This document shows, piece by piece, positions 18,676 to 27,594 of a DNA stretch of 64,000 nt. Within the stretch, counting starts at the first letter, position 1; the number at the start of each line of letters is the position of its first letter. The stretch comes from an uncultured virus (IMG/VR IMGVR_UViG_3300035427_000001) (Duplodnaviria > Heunggongvirae > Uroviricota > Caudoviricetes): the IMG/VR virus record IMGVR_UViG_3300035427_000001. One strand, written 5' to 3'. Under the pieces are notes generated by a model, which was not told the DNA's origin, ran no database searches, and saw nothing but the letters and a program-made list of their open reading frames with translations. The translations under genes and the position numbers were made by a program.

Positions 18676-19521
18676 CTAATAATTTGTAGTTTGCCTCCAT
18701 AAATTGAGACGTTGTTTTTTAAAGAATAAACTAAATAGTCCGCAAGGAGTAAACCCATTCATAGCTAAAAATCCCATATAGAGATAGAAAGCTTTTACTA
18801 ATGATTCCTGAAAATCTATTTCTTTGGTCATTACTTGAGTTTGTTTCCAGGGTCTACACTTAAGGAAGTTCCTTGCTTTATTGAGTTCATATATTACTTC
18901 CCATAAATATAGCTTCTCGTTTTCATGAGATATCTCGCTCATTTCATGAAAACCTGGGGTATAAGAAACTATCTTATCATACTCTGCTCTATCCTCTCTT
19001 GCCCAATCAGTTGAACTTAATATAGGATATTTCCTTACACTTCGATGATCTGGGTACTTGATGAGTAGGTCTTTGACTCCAATTGCCATTACCTCAAATA
19101 AACTCTGGGCATCTTGATATTTTAATATATCTTCTGGCAATATATTAGAATACAAAAGCAAAGTAAAGAAGAATCCCAAGGCATCTGCTTGTTCCTCATT
19201 TGCATTTGCTAGATGATTTAATACCTGAGTGTATTCTTCTGAGGTTAAGTAATCATTATTCCATCCATAATCACGATATATAGATACTACTTCATCGGTA
19301 GATTCGAATCCTTCGGTTAATTCCTCAATAACCCTACCAATAAAATCCTTTAGAATAACTTGGTTCTTTGGGTTATTTATATCTAAAGGATAATCTGGTA
19401 ACTTCTCTATAGATTTATATCCAGAGAATTGTTCTATCCCAAGATCATACATTTCTTGTAGTATCCGTGCCTCAGTTTCTTCTACCTGAGGCACTTGTTC
19501 ATTTATATTCCTTATGTCCAC
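18676..19521 (-). CDS. All-alpha NTP pyrophosphatase (dimeric dUTPase/dCTPase/MazG superfamily), apparently two tandem modules
   Basis: IEELTE...EEQAD acidic motifs in the N half; ELNKARNFLKCRPWK motif in the C half. Confidence 0.7.
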   Translation of the reverse strand: MDIRNINEQVPQVEETEARILQEMYDLGIEQFSGYKSIEKLPDYPLDINNPKNQVILKDFIGRVIEELTEGFESTDEVVSIYRDYGWNNDYLTSEEYTQVLNHLANANEEQADALGFFFTLLLYSNILPEDILKYQDAQSLFEVMAIGVKDLLIKYPDHRSVRKYPILSSTDWAREDRAEYDKIVSYTPGFHEMSEISHENEKLYLWEVIYELNKARNFLKCRPWKQTQVMTKEIDFQESLVKAFYLYMGFLAMNGFTPCGLFSLFFKKQRLNLWRQTTNY

Positions 19522-20063
19522 TATTTTATGTTTTGAGATGAACCAAATCCTTTATCTCCTCTGCTTCCCCACATTTGTGATTCAGTATAAAACTCCTCTT
19601 GCTGAATCTCCTCTGGCTCGGTAATATGAATGGGTACATGAATAAATTGTACCAGCTTTTGACCAGCCTCGATAACCTGAATTTCTTGAGAAGTGTTATA
19701 TATCCCAATATGTATCTCTCCAACATAAGTGGAATCCACTATCTCGGCAGTAAAGATTAACCCTTTCTTAGTAGCTATACCAGATTTGTTTGCTGCCATT
19801 AACATAGATGCAGGAGGTTCTAGCAAACCTTTGATACCCGATGGGATAAGTATACGATGACCTGGTTTTAAAGCTATATGCCTTACAAAGGCTTCACCAA
19901 AAGGAACATCTAAATCATAACCTTCGGAGTCGAATTCATTTTTAGAATGAATATCCTCAGGGTATAAATTAGTTGGTACATAGAAATCTAACCCAGCATC
20001 ATTTGGGTTTGCTCTGTTGGGAGATACTACCTCCCTTACTTTGATAAATCTAAATCTGTTCAT
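19521..20063 (-). CDS. dut: Trimeric dUTPase
   Basis: AGLDF, KSG, IVDSTYVGEI, KLVQ, RGDKGFGSS motifs. Confidence 0.92.
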   Translation of the reverse strand: MNRFRFIKVREVVSPNRANPNDAGLDFYVPTNLYPEDIHSKNEFDSEGYDLDVPFGEAFVRHIALKPGHRILIPSGIKGLLEPPASMLMAANKSGIATKKGLIFTAEIVDSTYVGEIHIGIYNTSQEIQVIEAGQKLVQFIHVPIHITEPEEIQQEEFYTESQMWGSRGDKGFGSSQNIK

Positions 20064-20266
20064 AATATCTTACATTTACGTAAAAGTTGTCCAAAGGTTA
20101 ATTTCTCGGGTCTAGAAACATGTACTCCCAATGAATTACACATTCTTATTACATCGGTAGAACCCTCCATACAAAGGTTAGCAAGTACATCTTTTTGCTT
20201 TACAAAATAGTTTGGGTTGTTAAGGTATACCTTGAACATAGCCCATATCATCTCTATTGGTTTCAT
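20060..20266 (-). CDS. Small hypothetical protein
   Basis: 68-aa ORF with start/stop overlaps on both sides. Confidence 0.65.
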   Translation of the reverse strand: MKPIEMIWAMFKVYLNNPNYFVKQKDVLANLCMEGSTDVIRMCNSLGVHVSRPEKLTFGQLLRKCKIL

Positions 20267-20649
20267 TATTTAGTACACTCTTTATAAAGTTCTCTAATAC
20301 GTTTTCTTGGTACTTCGAATTTCTCAACGGTTTTGGTAATAACCTCTTTTCTATCTTTCCCTTTCCGAATCAAGCCTCGGATGTATTTCTTGATACCAAT
20401 GGTATCTTCAAGTACATCTAAATCCTTGTATTGATTCTTCTGTTCAAGTTCTTTTCTTGTAATGTTCAAGTTCTGTGACATCTTAAATGCACATAATTCT
20501 GAGTCTCCGCATAGTTTACATTCCTTAGTTGATAAATCATACCCAATACCAAAGCAAGGGTCTCCATTAGTCCCCAGAGTACTTACATCTATGGGAGTAA
20601 GAATATCTTGCTTCGATAAGTCAGGAAGTTGTTTCTTTTTCTTAGCCAT
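20266..20649 (-). CDS. Cys-containing hypothetical protein
   Basis: DPCFG...ECKLCGDSELC motif, basic helical C-terminus. Confidence 0.75.
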   Translation of the reverse strand: MAKKKKQLPDLSKQDILTPIDVSTLGTNGDPCFGIGYDLSTKECKLCGDSELCAFKMSQNLNITRKELEQKNQYKDLDVLEDTIGIKKYIRGLIRKGKDRKEVITKTVEKFEVPRKRIRELYKECTK

Positions 20650-20661
20650 TATATATCCTTT

Positions 20662-20964
20662 TTAACGTTTATAATAAATGTATATCTCACTGTTATCTTC
20701 TATGGGAACATAGGAATAACCAATGTTATTAATAAATAGTTCCCTGAGTTTATATAATTCTTGGTATGAATTTCTATCATGACTCTCTTGACATACTTTG
20801 ACTACCATACCATTACTCCAGTACAGATAGAAATAATGAGTAAAGCATTCGGGAGTATTTTGAGAAGTTTCCAAGCTTGATATCCATATCAAATCTCTAC
20901 AGTTGAATACATGTTTAGGGTTGGGTACATCGCCAACAATGAATTCTTTAATCTTCTTCATCAT
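20662..20964 (-). CDS. Hypothetical protein
   Basis: 100-aa ORF on the operon strand. Confidence 0.6.
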   Translation of the reverse strand: MMKKIKEFIVGDVPNPKHVFNCRDLIWISSLETSQNTPECFTHYFYLYWSNGMVVKVCQESHDRNSYQELYKLRELFINNIGYSYVPIEDNSEIYIYYKR

Positions 20965-21157
20965 AAGTGTAATTAAGGTGTTTACAATTAGGACAGACCC
21001 ATTCTTTAAAATGCCATCCCTTGATTTCTAAATCCTCTTTATGAAAACGTTTCTTACATGAATGACATTGATAACCATCCTTAGAAAATATGAAGTCTAA
21101 AGCGAGTATTATTATCATAATAACCACCGCTGTAATTAAAATATATTTCTCCATCAC
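20948..21157 (-). CDS. Small membrane-anchored zinc-ribbon protein
   Basis: N-terminal hydrophobic helix, then CHSC and CPNC. Confidence 0.7.
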   Translation of the reverse strand: MMEKYILITAVVIMIIILALDFIFSKDGYQCHSCKKRFHKEDLEIKGWHFKEWVCPNCKHLNYTYDEED

Positions 21158-21184
21158 TGAAAGCCTTTAATTTTCTTTTTAGTG

Positions 21185-21322
21185 TTATTGGGTTTTCCTT
21201 AAGAGTACCCAGCAATAAATACCTGATGCAGAGATTTGGATTATCTTCCAACCATCTGATAATAGAGTAGTTAGTTTAGTATCATCTTCATCTCTGATAC
21301 ATATTAGTTTATCATTATTCAT
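21185..21322 (-). CDS. Small hypothetical protein (45 aa), possibly truncated by a frameshift
   Basis: Below the track cut-off: MNNDKLICIRDEDDTKLTTLLSDGWKIIQISASGIYCWVLLRKTQ. Confidence 0.55.
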   Translation of the reverse strand: MNNDKLICIRDEDDTKLTTLLSDGWKIIQISASGIYCWVLLRKTQ

Positions 21323-21397
21323 AATGCCTATATGCTTATTAATTGTAATCTTCTTTTCCTCCTACGGAGAAAAAGTAAATACTCATAGTACTTCTAG

Positions 21398-22885
21398 TTA
21401 ACTCTTAATAAGGCTATGGTTAGGATGTTTCTTCCATAGCTTATCTAACAATATTACTCTCAATTCTTGTCTCTGATAATATTGCTTCCTATGCTTACCA
21501 TGCCTATTTAAATAAGGGCCAGGATAATGAAGGTCATCAAGGTATACCTTATTTTTAGATTCATCGGTTCTTACCAAACGACCAAGAAACTGAATAGATT
21601 TTTCCTGACTATCCATGCTTGCTGCATTAAGTAAATACCTAAGCTTAGGAAAGTTTTTACCTCGAGCAATGATTGTAGTTGATACCAGGATATCTATTTT
21701 GCCTTCCCTAAAATCCCTCATTATTTGTTGTCTTAACTTAGAGGGAGTATTAACATGCACATAGGCAATATTATAGGCATCGCCCAGTTTCTTTTTAAAG
21801 AACTTATATAGATTTTCACAATGTGCAATATGCTTGCATACTACGAGAGCAGGGTATCTGCCTTGATTAAGGTTCCATAGTAATCTATTATAAGCCATGG
21901 TCCACGCGGTATTATTTTCGGTAATAGAATCATCATATATCTCCTTATAGGATATACAATCAGATTCCCAATTACCATACCAGGGTTTACCAGGTACCAT
22001 CTTTACAACGGTTTTTGTTGAGTAACCCTTTTTGATAGAATCCTTGAGTTTGAACTCAGCAATCGCTTTACCAAAGAAACATTCTAGGTTCATGTTCTTG
22101 ACCTTATCCTTAGCAAGTTTACTCATATAAATGGTACCAGATAACCCTATACGAATTCTGGTATTAAACAGTCGGGTGATTACATTCTGATATTGCTTAC
22201 TACCTCCCTGGTCAGCCTCATCCACAAGTACCATATCTATTTGAGATAATTCCTTTTGATAGAACCTCATATTCCTTGAGATGGATTGAACCATACCTAT
22301 AGTAAAGTTACTCCAGTTTAAAACCTTGCCTTGAACAAAAGTGATATCTTCTCCCGGAAGATATTGCTTAAATTCTTCTCTAGCTTGATTTAACCAATCC
22401 GAGTCATTAGTTATTAGCAAAGTCTTTAACTGCTTCTTATAGGTTAAATATAAAGACGACATGATAAGAGTTTTACCGGCATTAACCGTGTAATCTAATA
22501 CGCCAATATGAAAAGGTGTATTCCCTATCTTATTATTGATAACTGCCTTAACAGCTTTCTCTTGCTCTGGTCTTAATTTATATTTGCCTATATTCGTAAC
22601 TACTTTACTGACTTTAGGTAAAGGTTGTCTCATATCTACAACTTTAGGTTTAATCCCCATCTCAATACACATATCGTATACTTTGGGAAGTAAACCTATT
22701 TTAAATTGCCCAGTCTTGGTGATGTAATGAATCTTACCGTCCCAATTCTGCATACCTCTTTGCCTTGTACATAAGTAGAAAGCATTCGGATGTCGAATGG
22801 CAAACTCATTATAAAGTTTCTGTGCGAACTTAAGAGGTAAGTCAAGTTCGCACATATTCCCATTCTGAATAATTATCTTACTCAT
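21398..22885 (-). CDS. Superfamily 2 helicase (UvsW-like)
   Basis: LRPEQ Q-motif, NAGKT, VDEAD, LSGT, QFLGRLVR. Confidence 0.92.
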   Translation of the reverse strand: MSKIIIQNGNMCELDLPLKFAQKLYNEFAIRHPNAFYLCTRQRGMQNWDGKIHYITKTGQFKIGLLPKVYDMCIEMGIKPKVVDMRQPLPKVSKVVTNIGKYKLRPEQEKAVKAVINNKIGNTPFHIGVLDYTVNAGKTLIMSSLYLTYKKQLKTLLITNDSDWLNQAREEFKQYLPGEDITFVQGKVLNWSNFTIGMVQSISRNMRFYQKELSQIDMVLVDEADQGGSKQYQNVITRLFNTRIRIGLSGTIYMSKLAKDKVKNMNLECFFGKAIAEFKLKDSIKKGYSTKTVVKMVPGKPWYGNWESDCISYKEIYDDSITENNTAWTMAYNRLLWNLNQGRYPALVVCKHIAHCENLYKFFKKKLGDAYNIAYVHVNTPSKLRQQIMRDFREGKIDILVSTTIIARGKNFPKLRYLLNAASMDSQEKSIQFLGRLVRTDESKNKVYLDDLHYPGPYLNRHGKHRKQYYQRQELRVILLDKLWKKHPNHSLIKS

Positions 22886-23469
22886 TTGATAATTACCGTT
22901 ACACCCTTAGTGGCTTTATCCATGCCCATTGCTTCCTTAAGAAGTTTGATATGATGTTCCTCATCGGCAATCAATTTCTCAAGGAAATAATTCACATCAT
23001 CGTAATCTGGACGTTCCTCGTATTGACCAATTGCTCTTTGGATTTTCTTGTAGTGACCAATAGTTTCTATCTCGGAATTCAAAGCAATCTTTAAAGCTTG
23101 TTCCCAAGTAGAACCAATCTCAATTGTAGGATTAATATTCATGGTAGAGTAATCCTCATAGGGATCTGCCTTTTGTAAAAAGTCCGATATCTTATCAAGG
23201 TGTCTCATTTCTACCAAACCAATACCCAACATCAATTCTGATATTTCTTCAAATCTAGAAGACTGTTGGGTATACATAATGATGGCACTTAGTTCTGAGA
23301 ACTTGGCATTCTTCCAAATCACATAGAACATATTAATTATCTCATCAGGCCATGGTTCGATATCCTTAAAATCTGGATAATCCACGGATTGGTCTGAATA
23401 CTTGAGGACATCTATAAAAGCATTAGCTGCATCCTCTACTCTGTTTCCGAAAAATTGTAAACCTTTCAT
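22882..23469 (-). CDS. Ferritin-like di-metal protein (Mn-catalase/rubrerythrin-like)
   Basis: ELSAIIMY, EMRH, EIETIGHY, DEEHH four-helix carboxylate motifs. Confidence 0.82.
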   Translation of the reverse strand: MKGLQFFGNRVEDAANAFIDVLKYSDQSVDYPDFKDIEPWPDEIINMFYVIWKNAKFSELSAIIMYTQQSSRFEEISELMLGIGLVEMRHLDKISDFLQKADPYEDYSTMNINPTIEIGSTWEQALKIALNSEIETIGHYKKIQRAIGQYEERPDYDDVNYFLEKLIADEEHHIKLLKEAMGMDKATKGVTVIIK

Positions 23470-23470
23470 A

Positions 23471-24292
23471 TCATTTTCTTATTTTATCCCAAAGGGAACC
23501 TTCAACTTCTGGTTCACCTTTAAGTAGTTGTTTATTCTTATATTTATATAAATACTTATTGTATCTTTCAATGGCTTTATCCGTATACATTTGTGCAATA
23601 TCTGGTAATCCATTACACCATGCAAGAGATTCAAACTGAGCATCAATGAATGTCTTATAATCCCAACCCTCTTCTTTTAGGAATTCTCCTACCTTTGCAA
23701 AGTGTACATACTTCTCTGGTTTGTTTTCATAAGATTCATAAATACCAGTTGCCTTAGCAATCTTACCTATGAAATAATCATGTATCTCTTTAGTAAGCTT
23801 TGAATCTGAATATTGCAATTCTATCTCGGCATCTACTTGATTAGTAATGTTATCCTGCATAGATATTAACCTTTGCATAACATTCCGATAGTCGGCCATC
23901 CTCTTTAACCCAGTCTCAATATATTTAATAAAACCTTCTCGAGTATCAAATTTAAAATCCTCACAGAAGGTATTACATATCTCGGCAAGCTTTTTACAAT
24001 TTGCCCATTCCCTTGTATTACTTTCGTTTATTTTACGAACTCCCCTATGCTTTAACTTTATACGGGTGGCATATAAAATATCAGCAACAAGGGCAGCATC
24101 CCCCTTAGATGCTAGTAAAATGTTATTAACTCGCTTAGTATTCTTATTATTAGAAACTAAGACTGCTCTATGATTTATTGCCTCCTTTCGAGCAATAACA
24201 AAAAAAGCCTCAACTGGGAAGTTATCTACCTCTAGGGTATTTAATATTTCCTCAAACTGAGACTTAGTTATATGGATAGATGGTTCACGCAT
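23471..24292 (-). CDS. Hypothetical protein in the replication block
   Basis: 273-aa ORF downstream of primase. Confidence 0.75.
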   Translation of the reverse strand: MREPSIHITKSQFEEILNTLEVDNFPVEAFFVIARKEAINHRAVLVSNNKNTKRVNNILLASKGDAALVADILYATRIKLKHRGVRKINESNTREWANCKKLAEICNTFCEDFKFDTREGFIKYIETGLKRMADYRNVMQRLISMQDNITNQVDAEIELQYSDSKLTKEIHDYFIGKIAKATGIYESYENKPEKYVHFAKVGEFLKEEGWDYKTFIDAQFESLAWCNGLPDIAQMYTDKAIERYNKYLYKYKNKQLLKGEPEVEGSLWDKIRK

Positions 24293-24325
24293 AAATATAT
24301 TATTTTATAATATAATAGGAAATCC

Positions 24326-25279
24326 TTACTCCAAAGAGTTTCTGATTTGAATCAGTTCTTGATAACTTTGATACCTTGTTTGATATACTAGCTTAAGTGT
24401 TTGTTTCTTCCCCAAATCATTTACATCAAAACCCTCTGGAAGAAATACTACCTTGACTTTTTTATAAGCTACTAATTTAAGTGCGAGATTAACAGCATAA
24501 GACCTGGCATCGGGGTCTAAAAGGATAATATATCTTTGGCATTGGGATTTAAGTAATTCATTGACTTGGTACTGGCTAATAGCTTTACCCATTGTGGCAA
24601 TTGCTCTATCTCCGAGAGTGAGGGCATTAAGTGCTCCTTCGCAAATGAATACCGACCTGTACATCTCCAATGCGTCATGATTAAAGATGATAAACTGTTT
24701 TCCCAAACCGGTGATGTCTTTGTCTGGGTTATTATACCTGGGTCCTTTTCCGATAACATTTCGAGCATTGTAATACCTAAGTTGTCCTTGATAATAAAAC
24801 GGGATGATAAGGTACCCATATGTCGTGCCCATTGTTCCATATCCGATACCACATCTTGAAAACTTCTCGAGGTTAAAGCCGCGTTTCTTGATATATCCAC
24901 GAATGCTTTTTGCAAGTTGGCTGTCTCCGAGCGAAATATTTCTAAATCCATCTGGGAGATATACTGGCTTACTTTCGGCAAGTTCGATTTTCTCTTCCTT
25001 AAACTGTAGTTCATCAAATTGTCCGTTGTTCAAAAAATTAATTAGTTCATGGTACTCAGTAAATCCTTCTATGTCCATTATTAGTTGAGCAGGAGAAGGA
25101 TGGGCATTACATCTAAAACAATTGGTTCTATACATAGAAAGGTTAACTCCCAACTTCTGTTCTCTCCCGCAATATGGGCAAGTTGGTATACGTAACCATC
25201 CATGCTTATAATCGAATGCTCCTAATCGTTTAATGAAGTATGTCCTTAGTCTAGATTTAAACTGATTGGTTATTTTCAT
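24326..25279 (-). CDS. dnaG: DNA primase (zinc finger plus TOPRIM)
   Basis: CPYC...CFRC, ICEGALNA, LDPD, DVND. Confidence 0.9.
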   Translation of the reverse strand: MKITNQFKSRLRTYFIKRLGAFDYKHGWLRIPTCPYCGREQKLGVNLSMYRTNCFRCNAHPSPAQLIMDIEGFTEYHELINFLNNGQFDELQFKEEKIELAESKPVYLPDGFRNISLGDSQLAKSIRGYIKKRGFNLEKFSRCGIGYGTMGTTYGYLIIPFYYQGQLRYYNARNVIGKGPRYNNPDKDITGLGKQFIIFNHDALEMYRSVFICEGALNALTLGDRAIATMGKAISQYQVNELLKSQCQRYIILLDPDARSYAVNLALKLVAYKKVKVVFLPEGFDVNDLGKKQTLKLVYQTRYQSYQELIQIRNSLE

Positions 25280-25296
25280 ACCCTCTTATAGCTTTT

Positions 25297-25437
25297 CTAA
25301 ATTACTTTTCGAAGTTTCTTTAAATCCTCTAAATCTAAATCATTAATAGCAGTGATTTGCCAACCATTATGAGATATTTCTAAAGCTATCCCATCAGACC
25401 ATCTATCTTTTACTACCTCTACTTTCTTTGTTTTCAT
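25297..25437 (-). CDS. Small hypothetical protein (46 aa), possibly truncated by a frameshift
   Basis: Below the track cut-off: MKTKKVEVVKDRWSDGIALEISHNGWQITAINDLDLEDLKKLRKVI. Confidence 0.55.
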   Translation of the reverse strand: MKTKKVEVVKDRWSDGIALEISHNGWQITAINDLDLEDLKKLRKVI

Positions 25438-25984
25438 AACTGTTATTTAATATATTACGAATTACCCTATCACCAACTCCAAATCTCTTTCCTAGAACCC
25501 TTAATAAAGTTTTGTTTACTTTCCATTTAGTAAACCCTAATTGGATTAGTTCAGATAGTAATGTATTATAATAAGCTTTTACTTTAGGTATATCATTTAA
25601 GTTTAATTTACGATGTATATTATCCTTACCCATTACTGAAATCAGATTATTACCATCCCTGATAGATTGGTGTACATTTTCTTTCTGGGTACCCCATTTT
25701 AGATTCTTATAATAATTATTATAAATATCGTTATCTAAGTGCATTACTACAGGTAAATTATTGGGGTTAGGTACATAAACAGTAGCTACTAATCTGTGAA
25801 CAAAAATCTTTGTAGACTTACCATCCCTATAAAGGGATACACTATAGTATTTGGGACGTTTCTTTGGTATTAGTGGGGTAAACTCATTACTTAATTTACC
25901 CCTACTTCCTCGGACATATCTTGAATATACGCTCCCAGTTTTAGAAACGTAGTATCCCATAAATCCTGGTATATTATCTTTCAT
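25403..25984 (-). CDS. Free-standing NUMOD4-HNH homing endonuclease
   Basis: IPGFMGYYVSKTGSVYS, HRLVA, VMHLDN...NLKWGTQKEN. Confidence 0.9.
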   Translation of the reverse strand: MKDNIPGFMGYYVSKTGSVYSRYVRGSRGKLSNEFTPLIPKKRPKYYSVSLYRDGKSTKIFVHRLVATVYVPNPNNLPVVMHLDNDIYNNYYKNLKWGTQKENVHQSIRDGNNLISVMGKDNIHRKLNLNDIPKVKAYYNTLLSELIQLGFTKWKVNKTLLRVLGKRFGVGDRVIRNILNNSYENKESRGSKR

Positions 25985-27420
25985 TATATATCTCCTTGCT
26001 TTTTGTTATATTTCTCCATATTAGCATCTGGGTTACTAGAACTTTTTAGAGAATTATCCAGTTGTTCTCCATATACCCTGTCATATTCTTTTCGTTGTTC
26101 TCTAGTAAATTCGGTACACCGTTGAGTTTCTGTAGAGCATTTAAAAAGAGCTCTACCTGATGGTAGACCATCCCTTTGAACCACTATCTCGGCCCTTAAT
26201 ATATCATCCCTTTCTTCTTGTTCTGTAGCATTTAACCCCATAATTACTTGAGCATTTCTTACTATGGCTATAGAACCAGATATATCATTTTCATCATATC
26301 TGGTTTTTCTATGTTTTTTACCCTCTCTAGTAATATGATGTGCAGTCCAGATTATATCAAGTTTCATTTCTTCGGCTAAGTTACTCAAGTCTATATATAC
26401 ATTAGATATTCTTTCAAAATCTTCCCTATCCCCCGCTATTGATGCAAGTTTACCAGCGTAGTCAACCATAAGAACTTTAATATCGATTCCTTGATTACGA
26501 AGTTGAATTATCTTTTCCCTTATATAAGTGGTATTAGTAATCATTGCTGGTACACGCTCAACTACTAATTCAACTCCAAACCTTGCAAGTTTCCTTAAAT
26601 GCTTTGCCTCAAGTTTATCATATTCACCCGAGTATAATTCCTTCTTGGTTTTATTAATACTGGATTGAATGAAACGGTCCATGATCTGTTCTTGACCATT
26701 TTCCGTATCAATATATAATACTGACTTCTTCATTCTGAGATAACCTCTTGCAAGGTTTACCATAAAGAAGGTTTTCTTTGCCTTGGGTTTATCTAGTATC
26801 ACATTAACAGAATGCTCTGGATAACCTCCTGCATTAGTTAGTTCATTCAACTGCCTAAATGGGCAAGGTATAACTGAAGGTTCTGATTGTCTTCTAAACT
26901 GTCTCTCAGTAATATCCCGAATCATATATAAGGGTTCATCCTCTTTCTTAGGTTTACTTTTCTGAAGTACCTTTTCAATCTTCCTTGAATATTCTTCATA
27001 TTGTTCGAAATTATCCAAATCGAAGGAATCATTTAAGTTCTTCATCTCAACATAAGTAGAGAACTGATATATCTTTTCTTTTATGTAATCAGAATCCGAT
27101 AGGGGTATATGATAGAGATTACTTATTAGTTTATTAATATTGGGTATATCATCTTTAGTTACCAAATCCACATAGGTTTTAGATTCTAGTAACTCTTTTA
27201 ATACTTCCTTTAAGATATTCTCGGAGGGCATTCTGCCTTGCTTCTTAAAATATTTTGATATACCCTCGAAGATAAGGGAGTGTTCTATGAGAACCAGGTA
27301 ATTGGATTTAATCCTTTTGAGTACTAATCCTCCTTCCTTATCTTTTAAAACAAACCTGAGTATCTCGAACTGAAACTCAGGAGAAAAACTGAACTTGATG
27401 TTGTCTTTAAATTTCTTCAT
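25984..27420 (-). CDS. dnaB: DnaB-like replicative helicase
   Basis: GGY...VILDKPKAKKT, YIDTE, MVDY, WTAHH, DISGS motifs; upstream of primase. Confidence 0.85.
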   Translation of the reverse strand: MKKFKDNIKFSFSPEFQFEILRFVLKDKEGGLVLKRIKSNYLVLIEHSLIFEGISKYFKKQGRMPSENILKEVLKELLESKTYVDLVTKDDIPNINKLISNLYHIPLSDSDYIKEKIYQFSTYVEMKNLNDSFDLDNFEQYEEYSRKIEKVLQKSKPKKEDEPLYMIRDITERQFRRQSEPSVIPCPFRQLNELTNAGGYPEHSVNVILDKPKAKKTFFMVNLARGYLRMKKSVLYIDTENGQEQIMDRFIQSSINKTKKELYSGEYDKLEAKHLRKLARFGVELVVERVPAMITNTTYIREKIIQLRNQGIDIKVLMVDYAGKLASIAGDREDFERISNVYIDLSNLAEEMKLDIIWTAHHITREGKKHRKTRYDENDISGSIAIVRNAQVIMGLNATEQEERDDILRAEIVVQRDGLPSGRALFKCSTETQRCTEFTREQRKEYDRVYGEQLDNSLKSSSNPDANMEKYNKKQGDI

Positions 27421-27566
27421 ATCTATATTGCAATATTATATAAACTAATAGATTTTGATAGTACCGAGATAGTTCTAAGTATGTTGACATCTATCTAGAA
27501 ACTACTAATCCACTACCTTAAGCTCCCGAATATTTAATATTATTATTTTATATAAGAAAAAATACT

Positions 27567-27574
27567 TATATTTG
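27567..27574 (+). promoter_or_regulatory. Bacteroidota-type -7 promoter element
   Basis: TATATTTG(C) about 20 nt upstream of the ATG at 27595. Confidence 0.65.
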
Positions 27575-27594
27575 CATAACGAATATTTAAAAAC

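Noticed and set aside
24517..25017. 166-aa alternative-frame ORF inside primase (likewise 58613-59125 in the capsid gene and 61268-61594 in the portal gene)
   Set aside because: Nested in or almost wholly overlapping conserved genes, with no motifs or independent signals
9544..25984. Group I introns carrying the HNH genes
   Set aside because: polA, recA, dnaB and the exonuclease are each complete single ORFs, and there is no non-coding space for an intron core
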